From positions 1 through 64,000 of the IMG/VR virus record IMGVR_UViG_3300046008_000242: a stretch of 64,000 bases of DNA; one strand, written 5' to 3'. Source of the stretch: a virus (lineage: Duplodnaviria > Heunggongvirae > Uroviricota > Caudoviricetes). A model generated the notes under the pieces. The model did not search any database. It saw nothing but the letters and a program-made list of their open reading frames with translations, and was not told where the DNA came from. A program made the position numbers and the translations under genes. Shown piece by piece: positions 39,912 through 49,766 of this stretch (positions within the stretch are counted from its first letter, which is position 1; every line of letters starts with the position of its first letter).

Positions 39912-40216
39912 ATCCATTATTTGCTCGTTAATGAGCTCTAGTGGAACGTTTATGATTTATGCAACCAACTCTATGTCATGTATATTTTAGAGTTGTTAAA
40001 ATTGAGTAAAGAGATATCGAAGTAGTCTTGTGTGAATCTTTCGATATCCCAATCATCGAAAGAGACTTATCGATAATCTTAGACATCGAGTGTGTAATAT
40101 ACATGGAAAGATACTCCTTTCGAAATCTCTAATACTCCACTATGATAGACTATGTCGATCCTTTGAGTTATGTTCTTTAGGTCACTTTATATTACTTTTA
40201 TTAACTTAGTGTCTTC
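39912..40216 (+). repeat. Dispersed non-coding repeat R5 (inverted relative to R1-R4)
   Basis: Reverse-complement motif set; promoter TTTCGA-N17-TATGAT (40118-40146). Confidence 0.9.
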
Positions 40217-40292
40217 TATATTCTTATTTTAACGTATTATTTACATTCATTTACAACAACATTCCCATATAAAATCCTTCGACTCCATTTCA

Positions 40293-40333
40293 GATCCCGT
40301 TGAGAACCAAAAGTTCCTTCGGGATTTTTATTG
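40293..40333 (+). terminator. Intrinsic terminator downstream of R5 promoter
   Basis: Exact reverse complement of the 10319-10358 terminator. Confidence 0.7.
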
Positions 40334-40379
40334 GATACAATTTATCATTATTCATCTAAGAATAAACATTAAACCATCT

Positions 40380-40672
40380 GTTATTTGGAATATCTTCCAC
40401 TCTAATGGAATCTTTAATATACAATCCAATCAACTCTACATCATGTAAAATAAACGTTGCATATTCAACAATTATGATTGTTCCTTGTAAATATAACATA
40501 TCGAAACAGCCTTAAGATGTTCCTTTCGATATCTTAATCATCGAAAGAGTAATCTTAGACATCGAGCTTGTTATAATCAATTAAAGATACTTCTTGCCTT
40601 TTCGATAAAACTCCACTATGATAGACTATGTCGATCCTTTGAGTTATGTTCTAAATGCCATTTAATATTACT
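40380..40672 (+). repeat. Dispersed non-coding repeat R6
   Basis: Promoter TTGCCT-N17-TATGAT (40594-40622) pointing into 3' end of gp17. Confidence 0.9.
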
Positions 40673-40689
40673 AAGGCGTTTATTATACA

Positions 40690-42273
40690 TTAGAAATCAT
40701 ATACTTCAACTTTATCATCATCAAGACCATCATTAATATATCCTACAGGTAACATTTGTTGGTCGATATAATCCATTTGCTGATTATATAATTCTTTCCT
40801 GATATCGATATCTCCCATATCCTTGACGAAAGAAGTTGAACATAACCAACCAAAAATAACTAATGTCATTATCAAATCATCATGATTCGGAGGATCCGCA
40901 GAATAACTACCTTGTCTTTCGATGAACACAGAAAACTCCTGGATAATATCTGGGTCAAATATCAACAATCTCTTCTCCTCAATCAAAGATTTTAACATCA
41001 TACATCCTTGACGTTTAATCTTCTTGTCCATGTTAATACCCACTTCCATTGTCCCAGAAAACGATTCACATGGTATCTGTCCCTTAGGTGTCTTCTTAAT
41101 GGAAATCAAATTCTCGTATTCTAGATCGTCTTGGAGTATCTGCGCCACCTCCTTGGAACAATTAATCTCAACAATAATAAATGCGTAATTGTATTCCTTA
41201 CCAACTCGATATAATATATTAGGATATAACATAGGGGATATCTTATTATCTCTATACTTACCGACTACCTTGTATGGAAAATTGGTTACATCCATAATTG
41301 TAAATGCAGAGTAATCTCCACCTACACCCTTTGATGTATCTGCCGATATAATATATTGATGTCCTGGTATAGCACCTTCCTGTATATCTAATCCATCTCT
41401 AGAATAGATAAAAGGTATTGCTGACATTGATGATATAGAAGATGAATTAATAAGTGTCGCCGATGAACCCAGAAAACTCATCTCCACTTCTTGCATGTAT
41501 TGTAATTCTCCTAACAATTCTTTCTGTTGTTGAGCCCATTTCTCATCTCTATGTGGATGTTCGCTCCAATGAGCAGAAACTGGTATAAATCCATTTATAC
41601 CAAGTTGAGCTTCATTCCAAAATTTCCACCAATGATTATATCCTAATGGAGTAGACGATAAGATAATTTTCGTTGTTTTACCAGAAGAGATGGTGGGATA
41701 CACAGAAGCGAAGAAGGATTCAGCGATAGCATTAGGAATAATTCCGACTTCGTCTACGTACAGTAAATTCACAGATTTACCTCTGATTCCAGACGCGGAA
41801 GTTGCGGAAGAAAACACTTTAGATCCATTTTCCAATTCAAATGAACCTTTATTCCATTCTTTAACCCCTTGTTGTAACCATTTGGGTAATCCTTCAAACA
41901 TATCTTGGATACGAGACATGATTTCTCTACTGGCTGCTGCCTTATTGGCTAAAATGGCAACTGTTTTGGATTTATTGAAAATTACATAATGTAATATGTA
42001 AGATGCAGTAGTAGTAGTTTTTCCACCCTGACGGAAAAGTTGAATGATAGTCCTGTTATTCTCATGCATAGTGGTTATTATTCGTTCTTGATAACCAAAC
42101 AATTCGAAATGTATCAATCCGTAATCTAATGAAACAATCTTACAATAATTTTTTATAAAATAAATCGGATCTTGTTTACATTTAATGTATTCTTCAATCT
42201 GTTCTTGAGTGAAATCTATCGGGGCATTTGTTGATTTTAAATTAGTGTTGCCATTATATGATAACTCAACCAT
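40690..42273 (-). CDS. 17: Terminase large subunit gp17
   Basis: YNGNTNLK, DPIYFIKNY, RQGGKTT, LYVDE, SSTPLG.NH, ADTSKGVGGDYSAF, HDDL.M; SD supports ATG 42273. Confidence 0.97.
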   Translation of the reverse strand: MVELSYNGNTNLKSTNAPIDFTQEQIEEYIKCKQDPIYFIKNYCKIVSLDYGLIHFELFGYQERIITTMHENNRTIIQLFRQGGKTTTTASYILHYVIFNKSKTVAILANKAAASREIMSRIQDMFEGLPKWLQQGVKEWNKGSFELENGSKVFSSATSASGIRGKSVNLLYVDEVGIIPNAIAESFFASVYPTISSGKTTKIILSSTPLGYNHWWKFWNEAQLGINGFIPVSAHWSEHPHRDEKWAQQQKELLGELQYMQEVEMSFLGSSATLINSSSISSMSAIPFIYSRDGLDIQEGAIPGHQYIISADTSKGVGGDYSAFTIMDVTNFPYKVVGKYRDNKISPMLYPNILYRVGKEYNYAFIIVEINCSKEVAQILQDDLEYENLISIKKTPKGQIPCESFSGTMEVGINMDKKIKRQGCMMLKSLIEEKRLLIFDPDIIQEFSVFIERQGSYSADPPNHDDLIMTLVIFGWLCSTSFVKDMGDIDIRKELYNQQMDYIDQQMLPVGYINDGLDDDKVEVYDF

Positions 42274-43417
42274 TGTCAATTCCTTTGAATGTAATATCGA
42301 ATGTTTTATATACATGTTCTGGATTATCGATATAAAATCTGACTTCTTCCATTAGTGTTTCTAAATTTGCGTCGTTTAAAACTTCTGTCCATCCAAATTC
42401 ACCGTAATCGTCTTTTCTGATTAGATGTTTGTATTTGCGTTTTAATAATTGTTCGGTTTGGAATGCATGATTAATGTCTTCCATTTTCTGAAATAAAACA
42501 ACATTAGATGTATCGATGAGTTGTTTGGTATATCGCTTATAGATACTATCTCTAGACGTAATTCCAATTTTAATTTTATCATCGAACCCAACTACATAGA
42601 AATATCCATCATCGGTTAATTCTCTATTCCATAAAGATTTGTAATTTATTTTCGTTTCGACATTTCTGGATTTGAATAATTCAAATGCTTTATCCTCATC
42701 ACCATTTGTTTTACTCAGAGCCCACTCTAACGAACACGAATCTTTTCTTCTATTAGCGTCATCTATTTCTTCTTGTGGTCTAGAATTTAATGTATTTTGC
42801 CATTTATCTTGTCTTTCTTGCCAAATTAAGAACCCTTCTAACATTCCATGTTTTTCTACACATTTATCTAATGAAAAAGTAGATTGACGTTCAGATAGAA
42901 GTTTTAATGATTCTTCTTCAGAATATCCTTGTTTGGTGTAGTATTGAATTGTTGTGTTGTAATTATCATTTTCCGACATAGTCGTTTTGGCTCGTTCTAT
43001 TACGGAACCTATGGACGAAAGTTTTTCTTCATCTGTTAACTCTTCATATTTAACAAATTTCTTGGAAAATGGAGATAATCTACCACCGTGTTGATATGCT
43101 GGATTTTTATCACCTTTGATTCTATTACATTTAGATACACAAACTATCGGTCCATATTTCTCTCTATATTCTAATTGAGTTAATCCATGGACTTTAGGAT
43201 GTTCTGCTAGATCTCTAGTTCTGAACCCACAGACTCCGCATTCAACATATTCGTCTTTATCCATACCGTCTGGAAAACTAATTCTACTACGTTCTATTGT
43301 CGTTTTCCATCTGGCATCGAATGCTGATTTTTTCTTACATTCATCTGAACATAATTTAACGGAAGTGTGATATGGAGTAAATGTTTTGTTGCAATATGTG
43401 CATTGTTTTTCTTTCAT
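42266..43417 (-). CDS. Putative homing endonuclease with C-terminal GIY-YIG-like domain
   Basis: CxxC motifs, GDKNP, KHG..EG..W..RQ.KW repeat, GYFYVV...KIKIGIT...KRY, G.TE. Confidence 0.75.
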   Translation of the reverse strand: MKEKQCTYCNKTFTPYHTSVKLCSDECKKKSAFDARWKTTIERSRISFPDGMDKDEYVECGVCGFRTRDLAEHPKVHGLTQLEYREKYGPIVCVSKCNRIKGDKNPAYQHGGRLSPFSKKFVKYEELTDEEKLSSIGSVIERAKTTMSENDNYNTTIQYYTKQGYSEEESLKLLSERQSTFSLDKCVEKHGMLEGFLIWQERQDKWQNTLNSRPQEEIDDANRRKDSCSLEWALSKTNGDEDKAFELFKSRNVETKINYKSLWNRELTDDGYFYVVGFDDKIKIGITSRDSIYKRYTKQLIDTSNVVLFQKMEDINHAFQTEQLLKRKYKHLIRKDDYGEFGWTEVLNDANLETLMEEVRFYIDNPEHVYKTFDITFKGIDNG

Positions 43418-43544
43418 GATTTTATATTTTCTTTATTGTAAAATTATACATATAGAAATGTTCTGTCACCCTTGAATAGTCGTTAATGAATATGTACACT
43501 CAGAAATAATATATCCATTAAGAAGTGTATCAATAACATTCATT

Positions 43545-43870
43545 ATTTGTACAATAATCCACTCTAGCGGAACGTTCTGTATATCATCCAATCAACTCTA
43601 TGCCATACAATTTAAACGAGCAGTAGTGAGGATTTATAGATGTCCATTGTATGATTGACATATCGAGAGAGTCTTAAACATTTCTTTCGATGTTTAATGT
43701 ATCGATAAGGTCATCTTAAACATCGAATCAATAATTACTGGAGTCTTAAACTCCTTTCGAAATGGTAGGAACTCCATTATGATAGACTATGTCGATCCTT
43801 TGAGTTATGTTCTAAATGGCATTAATATTACTTTAATGTTTTCTAGTGTCTTCCTCGACTTTATTATACA
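43545..43870 (+). repeat. Dispersed non-coding repeat R7
   Basis: Promoter TTTCGA-N17-TATGAT (43755-43783). Confidence 0.9.
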
Positions 43871-43911
43871 ACATTCATTTAATCAATATTCCCATATAAA
43901 ATACTCGAAAC

Positions 43912-43952
43912 AAAATCCCGTCAGATTTAAAGTTCTGACGGGATTTTTATTG
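43912..43952 (+). terminator. Intrinsic terminator downstream of R7 promoter
   Basis: ATCCCGTCAGA...TCTGACGGGAT + TTTTATTG. Confidence 0.75.
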
Positions 43953-43994
43953 GATACAATTTACATTATTTCAACATATAACATTCCTTAGAAC

Positions 43995-44080
43995 ATCCAT
44001 TATTTGCTCGTTAATGGACTCTAGTGGAACGTTCTATATACAGAGCAATCAACTCTATGTCATGTAAAATAAACGTTGTA
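43995..44080 (+). repeat. Partial repeat R8
   Basis: TCCATTATTTGCTCGTTAAT...CAATCAACTCTATGTCATGTAAAATAAACGTT only. Confidence 0.85.
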
Positions 44081-44090
44081 TAATGTCCAA

Positions 44091-44489
44091 TTATTTGCCA
44101 TCTACATAGGTTTTATATTCTTCAACAAGAAACGACATAGCTTCTTTACCCTTAGTTGATTTAAAGAAGATAGGAATATGACTGGCGATGACTGGGTCGG
44201 ACAACCATTTTAATTGTTCTGGATTTAAGACAGATGCGGCAAATTCATTTATCTTTTGTTCCAATTCAGAAACAGGAGGTTTAGGTTGTTCTACTGGAGT
44301 AGAGGGTTGTTGAGTATTTAATATCTTTTGTAATTCTTCTTGGACTGATTTTTGTACCATTTCTTGGATATTTGGTGAACTGGGAATTCCTCCTCCAATA
44401 TTATAATGATTATTCGATTGTTGTTGTTTCAATACATCTAATTGTTGTTGGAGAGCATCAATGTTTAACGGAGATAACGGATTGTACAT
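44091..44489 (-). CDS. Hypothetical Q/P-rich protein
   Basis: AGGA SD. Confidence 0.7.
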   Translation of the reverse strand: MYNPLSPLNIDALQQQLDVLKQQQSNNHYNIGGGIPSSPNIQEMVQKSVQEELQKILNTQQPSTPVEQPKPPVSELEQKINEFAASVLNPEQLKWLSDPVIASHIPIFFKSTKGKEAMSFLVEEYKTYVDGK

Positions 44490-44637
44490 AATATATGTCC
44501 TGTAATGTTTTAGATAAAATTATTTACATGAAATTTTACACAATAAAAAAGGAGCCACTAGAGCTCCTTAGATAATGACTTTAATCCGTATCTTATTATG
44601 GATACATTTAATTCCTTGTCATTTATGGTTTCAGAAG

Positions 44638-45558
44638 TTAAACTGCAACTTGTCCCATTGAGTTTCCCGTCATTCTACCAGTATTAACAACAGTTTGTGT
44701 CTGAGTTTGGATATGAGCCAAAGCAGCAGCCAAACCACTAGAGATATTGGCAATTTGTTGTTGTTGAGATTGTTGCGCAAGAGCATTTGCCACGGCTGTT
44801 GCATTATTATTGTTATTGATAATAATGTCATGAGATGCTCTATCGTTACGACGATCACCTAATGCTTCAGCTAATTTGTTTTCAGCTACTGTAATCTGAC
44901 GATTTAGATCCGCTGTATTGATATTAGAAATCATATCGCGAGTTCTATCGCCATCTGTTGTAATCGCTTGTAATGTTCTATAAGCTGATTCCAAACCAGT
45001 AACTTCGGCTCTATGTGTTGCATTCAAGTTTGCTACATTAGACGCATTGATTGCATCGCCTAATTGATGGATACCTGAGTTGATGTTATTAGCCAATGCG
45101 TTCATATTACTATTGACATCAGCGGCGAGAGCTGCTTGTCCGGACATAATATTGGCATGACCATTAACATTAGTCAATGTTGAATCCATGATACTAGAAG
45201 TCAAAGCAGTTTGACCTTGTAATGTAGCAACAGTTTGACTTAAATTAGCAGCTGCCACTGCCGCTTGGGTGGCACCAGCAGATGTAGCGATATCCTTACC
45301 AAGATGATTTACGTCTTGTGTTAATATCTGAGTTGAAGTTGCCAATTGTTGTTGATTCAACGCTTGTAATACATCAGCATTGCGATTATGTAACATGCCA
45401 TCTCCATATCCCATCATCCCGTTACCATTTCCGAATCCATTACCCGTTAGACGAGGTAATAAAGAACCTAACAATACAGCACCTAAAGTACCACCACCAA
45501 ACATGCCGTCGTTAGAACCAGTTTGGATAGGTAAGATTGTAGAAGCAACATCAGCCAT
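44638..45558 (-). CDS. Hypothetical Gly/Asn/Gln-rich protein
   Basis: AGGAG SD, TATAAATA late promoter at 45636-45643, terminator 44541-44568. Confidence 0.8.
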   Translation of the reverse strand: MADVASTILPIQTGSNDGMFGGGTLGAVLLGSLLPRLTGNGFGNGNGMMGYGDGMLHNRNADVLQALNQQQLATSTQILTQDVNHLGKDIATSAGATQAAVAAANLSQTVATLQGQTALTSSIMDSTLTNVNGHANIMSGQAALAADVNSNMNALANNINSGIHQLGDAINASNVANLNATHRAEVTGLESAYRTLQAITTDGDRTRDMISNINTADLNRQITVAENKLAEALGDRRNDRASHDIIINNNNNATAVANALAQQSQQQQIANISSGLAAALAHIQTQTQTVVNTGRMTGNSMGQVAV

Positions 45559-45660
45559 TTTAATTCTCCTGGAAAGGATAGAGGATAGGATCCATTTTCA
45601 TGTATCCTTATTTGTAGAAAAGGTATCTACATATTTATTTATAAAAATGGAGATTTCAAT

Positions 45661-46344
45661 TTACAATTCTGGACAATATTGGTATTGGATTAAAACGGAT
45701 TTTGTATCCCATTTATCGCCTAGATCTTTGATGATGAATGTCTTACCAGTTTCATCTGATGTATCTAATTCAATTTCTGCATCATGTACAACGAGTTCAT
45801 CTTCAATAGAATCATCGAAATGTCTAACAAGACCAAAATTACCAACTCCATCTAAACCAGAAATTGGAGCATATGTTAATTTGATTTTATCTTTATTGAT
45901 TGTAACAAATTCTTTCTTAGGTTTAGAACCACCTTTCAATGCAACTGAATCTGCGTATTTCATTAGAATTTGTTCTAATTCCGTAATGGAATCAATACGT
46001 TCTTTCATTTCTGATTCAATCAAATCTTTCAACTCATTATCTGATTCTAATCTTTCATCCACTTCTTCTTTCAATTTAGAAGTAGCTGCTTGGTATAATG
46101 ATTTAATTGCTCCTTCGAGGTTTAAATCAGCTGCTTTAAATTCTTCCAAAATCTTTGTTAACATAATAATTGATTGAGGATCTGAATTAGAGATGATACT
46201 GTTGATTTGAGATTGTAATGCATTATCACTAGATAATCTTTCCGACTTCTCCAATTCATCCGCAGATGTTCTTGCATCAATTTCTTCCGAAAATGCAGAA
46301 AGTATTTCTTCTTCAACTTTAATTGCTCTAGATGATTCTTCCAA
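45661..46344 (-). CDS. Coiled-coil protein (E..R...D..L repeats), start uncertain
   Basis: Frame stays open ~45 codons upstream of listed TTG start without ATG. Confidence 0.6.
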   Translation of the reverse strand: MEESSRAIKVEEEILSAFSEEIDARTSADELEKSERLSSDNALQSQINSIISNSDPQSIIMLTKILEEFKAADLNLEGAIKSLYQAATSKLKEEVDERLESDNELKDLIESEMKERIDSITELEQILMKYADSVALKGGSKPKKEFVTINKDKIKLTYAPISGLDGVGNFGLVRHFDDSIEDELVVHDAEIELDTSDETGKTFIIKDLGDKWDTKSVLIQYQYCPEL

Positions 46345-46546
46345 GATGGTCTTCGATAATTGAATATCAGAAGAAGATCTAATCTCGGCTTCCTCATCAA
46401 CAATTTGTTTAACTCCATCAAACCTAGCATGTAATTTGTGGATATTATTCGAATGGTACTGTACAATTATTTGTATTACTCCGAAAGATTATGTTAGAAA
46501 TTACGTAAGTTCTAACTTCCTGAACAACAATAGAAACTTTTAAACT

Positions 46547-47281
46547 CTATGGATTCATTAATGTTGAGAACCAATAATCTTCAGATAGATTATCAGGAAC
46601 ATCTTCCTTGTTGACGGCAGATGTTCTATAATGTTCACTTTGTATGGGTAAATTAACGTTGACGTGTTTAATGACACTGGATGTTGCTATCGAACCAAAT
46701 AACTCCAATTTTAGTGTGAACGAGAATGTATGGATGATTTCCCTACGAGCAGAAATTTCATTTTCATAATTATCATCTACGGTAACTGAATTTAATATAA
46801 TTGGTACATCCTTAACAACATTCATTTCTGGAACAGCATTTATGGAAATGGTATAATTTGGAGTGAACATCGGCAATATCTTTTCCATTACAACTAGACC
46901 ATCTTCTATGGTTTTTGTAATCAGATATAACGATACATCCAAATTATACGGAACGCCAGAATATTGTATATTTGATGTAAGATTTTGGTTTGTGTTACCT
47001 AATCTATTATTCTTATTGACCTTTCTTGTAGAATCGTATGAATAATTTGTAATCTCAAATGCCAATCTCGGTAATGTAATCTGGGTGTTATTAGTCTGAG
47101 AAGCGTCTTGCTCCGTTCTTGTTACCCATTTTTCTTTGTTAGAATAAGCAATGGGTACATTAACAGTCTGTATTAAATTACCATTGTTGTCCTTACGTTC
47201 TATCTGGATACCAGAAAATAGTTTGCCGAAGGATGCAATGGTCTTCTTAATGATAGCAGGATAATATGATGATTGAAACAT
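46547..47281 (-). CDS. 15: Tail sheath stabiliser gp15
   Basis: IKKTIASFGKLF, VPIAYS.KEKW, LPRLAFEI, VPYNL. Confidence 0.93.
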   Translation of the reverse strand: MFQSSYYPAIIKKTIASFGKLFSGIQIERKDNNGNLIQTVNVPIAYSNKEKWVTRTEQDASQTNNTQITLPRLAFEITNYSYDSTRKVNKNNRLGNTNQNLTSNIQYSGVPYNLDVSLYLITKTIEDGLVVMEKILPMFTPNYTISINAVPEMNVVKDVPIILNSVTVDDNYENEISARREIIHTFSFTLKLELFGSIATSSVIKHVNVNLPIQSEHYRTSAVNKEDVPDNLSEDYWFSTLMNP

Positions 47282-47934
47282 TAGAATCCCCCGAAAGGAT
47301 CTAATTCTGAAAAAATCGCATCAGTTCCATGAGAGATTAAACTAGAATTATCACCAAATGAATCTGGGGTTTCCACAGGATTAGATGATGTTTCATCATA
47401 CGTCTTCAATGATTCAAATACGTCAATGTTATTATCTCCAGTGGAGAAACGTTCTGATGAGTATTGGAATAATTCAACAGATAATTTATAGACGTAGAGT
47501 TTTCCTAATTGGTAGAATGGATCCTGATGATTAACAAATTTAATCTCAAATAATCCACCAGTCAACGGGAAATAGATTAAATCACCTTCCGCTGGTCTAT
47601 CTGGGATAATGGTCTGACCGTATCTACCAACAAGATTTCTCCATTCTTTCCTTGCGATAACCAATGTTGCAGTCTGTTCAATTGTTAATCCAAATTTAGA
47701 TTGCATATAACTTGAACCCTCAAATCCGTCCACGCTCTCAAAATATGTTACCACAGGATAAGCATTTTTGAATTCGGATAATCTATCTTCACCTAGGATA
47801 TCGTCTTTGGCGACTAACGATCTAGGAATGTATGACATATCTTGACCGTATATGTTAATAGATTCTATAATTATATCTTCAAGTATATCTCTCTCTGGAC
47901 CAGTACCCATTGTAAAATAGGAATTTCTTGGCAT
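47281..47934 (-). CDS. 14: Neck protein gp14
   Basis: ESINIYGQD..YIPR, RPAEGDLIYFP, FYQLGK, ELFQYSSE, DPFG. Confidence 0.95.
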   Translation of the reverse strand: MPRNSYFTMGTGPERDILEDIIIESINIYGQDMSYIPRSLVAKDDILGEDRLSEFKNAYPVVTYFESVDGFEGSSYMQSKFGLTIEQTATLVIARKEWRNLVGRYGQTIIPDRPAEGDLIYFPLTGGLFEIKFVNHQDPFYQLGKLYVYKLSVELFQYSSERFSTGDNNIDVFESLKTYDETSSNPVETPDSFGDNSSLISHGTDAIFSELDPFGGF

Positions 47935-47943
47935 TTAAAACTC

Positions 47944-48705
47944 CTATCCAATGAATAATGATGCTGGAGATTGTTCATCAACTAATTGTTGTTCCAATTC
48001 CTTCTGTTCAGAATACGCTGTATCGTAAATACTCTGACCATCAATAGAAACACCGCCTGGTAATAACATATTACTGAATTTAGATAAATTAGAACCCCAT
48101 TGTTTCTTAAACAGAGCAGTAACATATAATTTCAACCATGGATCGTTAAACATTCTGGTTTCAATTTCTGGATCTATTAATTGGTATCCATCGATTACAA
48201 TCCAAGAACCAACTGTTAATTTAGACCAATTTGTATCAAGATATAATTTACCATTATTCTTATTGAATCTAATTAATATCTGACCGGCAAGAACATGGTC
48301 AATCAATTGTAGATGATTCATTGTAATCTGATAATCAGACAATGATGCTGTATTAAGATTGGCGATGATATCAAGTCTGTATTGGGTTTCAAAATTCAAT
48401 AATTGGTCGCGAGATGAATAATTGAATGAGAAGATTCTGGTTACACCTCTAACATCGTAAGGTAAATTGATGTATTTGTTATCGAAGTCTTCTTGTGTAA
48501 TCTGATGTTTTAGATACATTCGTTCTAATCCATCATAATGGTACATCGAGTAATATTGTAATGCCTCGTCGATCCTATCTTCAAGTTGTTCATCCGCCAC
48601 ATTAATTTCAATAACAGGAGCACCCAACGTTCTAAGACAGTATTGTTTTAATTGTTCTCTTGATTGAATCATTTTGGTGTTGTTTCCGATAATGTTTTTA
48701 ACCAA
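47944..48705 (-). CDS. 13: Neck protein gp13 (probable start MIQSREQ)
   Basis: LKQYCLR.LGAPVIEINV..EQLEDRIDEA, KKQWGSNLSKF...LPGGV. Confidence 0.95.
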   Translation of the reverse strand: MVKNIIGNNTKMIQSREQLKQYCLRTLGAPVIEINVADEQLEDRIDEALQYYSMYHYDGLERMYLKHQITQEDFDNKYINLPYDVRGVTRIFSFNYSSRDQLLNFETQYRLDIIANLNTASLSDYQITMNHLQLIDHVLAGQILIRFNKNNGKLYLDTNWSKLTVGSWIVIDGYQLIDPEIETRMFNDPWLKLYVTALFKKQWGSNLSKFSNMLLPGGVSIDGQSIYDTAYSEQKELEQQLVDEQSPASLFIG

Positions 48706-48914
48706 GCCACGGCCAAAGAGATTGCTAGATTGATGATGAAATTAGAAATATCTCCAAATAAGAATTTAATATCATCCATAACCTTTTGATGTTTTTCATG
48801 ATTTGGTAAATCTCTAGATTCCATGTCATTAACAAACATTTTAACATCAGACCATAATTGTTTATCTAATAATAATTTGGCAGCAGAATTGATTGCAATT
48901 GTTTTAATTTTCAT
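48669..48914 (-). CDS. Hypothetical protein with C-terminal hydrophobic helix
   Basis: FIINLAISLAVAWLK. Confidence 0.6.
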   Translation of the reverse strand: MKIKTIAINSAAKLLLDKQLWSDVKMFVNDMESRDLPNHEKHQKVMDDIKFLFGDISNFIINLAISLAVAWLKTLSETTPK

Positions 48915-49063
48915 TTATATATTCCTACATTGTATACCAACATTTGCTCCTGTTATATTTGAATAATCAGAATCTGTTTGTATGTTATAAATTCTTGGTG
49001 AACATTTTTCTTGGATAGAAGAACATCCTGTTAGGTCAATAACAGGATGATTATCTTTATCAT
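48915..49063 (-). pseudogene. Small lipoprotein with apparent 1-bp frameshift in signal peptide
   Basis: ATG(49063) MIKIIILLLT then stop; adding one C joins it to lipobox LTGC-SSIQEKC... Confidence 0.45.
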
Positions 49064-49260
49064 TTTGAGAACCCTTCGATCTTAGATTCTGGCGCACCTT
49101 CTGCGGTAAACACTGCCAACACCCCAAATATCATTGTTGCCACGTTCATCCAATTATTGTATGTTTCTTCTTGTACATGAAATGTAGTCAATAAAAACAT
49201 AATGGCGATATGCGAACTCGGTTCTCTTAGACGATTGAAAATGTAAATCAATTTGGACAT
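49060..49260 (-). CDS. Small two-TM membrane protein (holin-like)
   Basis: RLREPSS motif plus two hydrophobic segments. Confidence 0.5.
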   Translation of the reverse strand: MSKLIYIFNRLREPSSHIAIMFLLTTFHVQEETYNNWMNVATMIFGVLAVFTAEGAPESKIEGFSK

Positions 49261-49307
49261 ATTATTTCCTTTATATTAGATAAAATGTATAATATTCAAT
49301 AATTTGG

Positions 49308-49766
49308 TTAAAGGTCAATAGAAGATAATTCTGCTCGTTTTTCGGTGCGTAAATTTTCAACAAATTTACCAAAATCAATTAACGATTGTTCTTCACCTGG
49401 TTGGAATACATACATTCCTAATGCAACGCCAGTTCCAATTCTAGAAAAATACTGTTCGTCGTCTAATGAATAAACTGCTCTCAATTTTTCATTGAATCTA
49501 GAATCAATTAACGCAACCGTGGCACTATTTTGTTTGATTTTAGATTTAAGAACGGGATCTAATGTAACAGATTCAAACTCAATTTCATCTGATTGTTTAG
49601 GTATATTTGGAACTAATGTGTCTGGGATAAAAATATATTGGAACCCATCAACTTCCGCTAAATGAGTGGGTCTATCGGTTTGTATTTCAAAATTATATTT
49701 AAAATCTAATGTTGTTGTGTTAGGAAATTCTCCAACAATGATTCGTTTATATCTAAAGATAGACAT
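49308..49766 (-). CDS. Hypothetical protein, possible tail-fibre chaperone
   Basis: AAGGAG SD; LRAVYSLDDE motif; directly after DGR RT. Confidence 0.65.
   Translation of the reverse strand: MSIFRYKRIIVGEFPNTTTLDFKYNFEIQTDRPTHLAEVDGFQYIFIPDTLVPNIPKQSDEIEFESVTLDPVLKSKIKQNSATVALIDSRFNEKLRAVYSLDDEQYFSRIGTGVALGMYVFQPGEEQSLIDFGKFVENLRTEKRAELSSIDL

Noticed and set aside
43779-43991. 70-aa plus-strand ORF in repeat R7
   Set aside because: Its ATG lies inside the -10 box, it has no SD, it runs through a terminator, and it is not evident as a comparable ORF in other copies.
45380-46177. Long plus-strand ORFs (also 58651-59334, 16630-17163, 61820-62290, 53014-53430)
   Set aside because: Antisense shadows of well-supported minus-strand genes.
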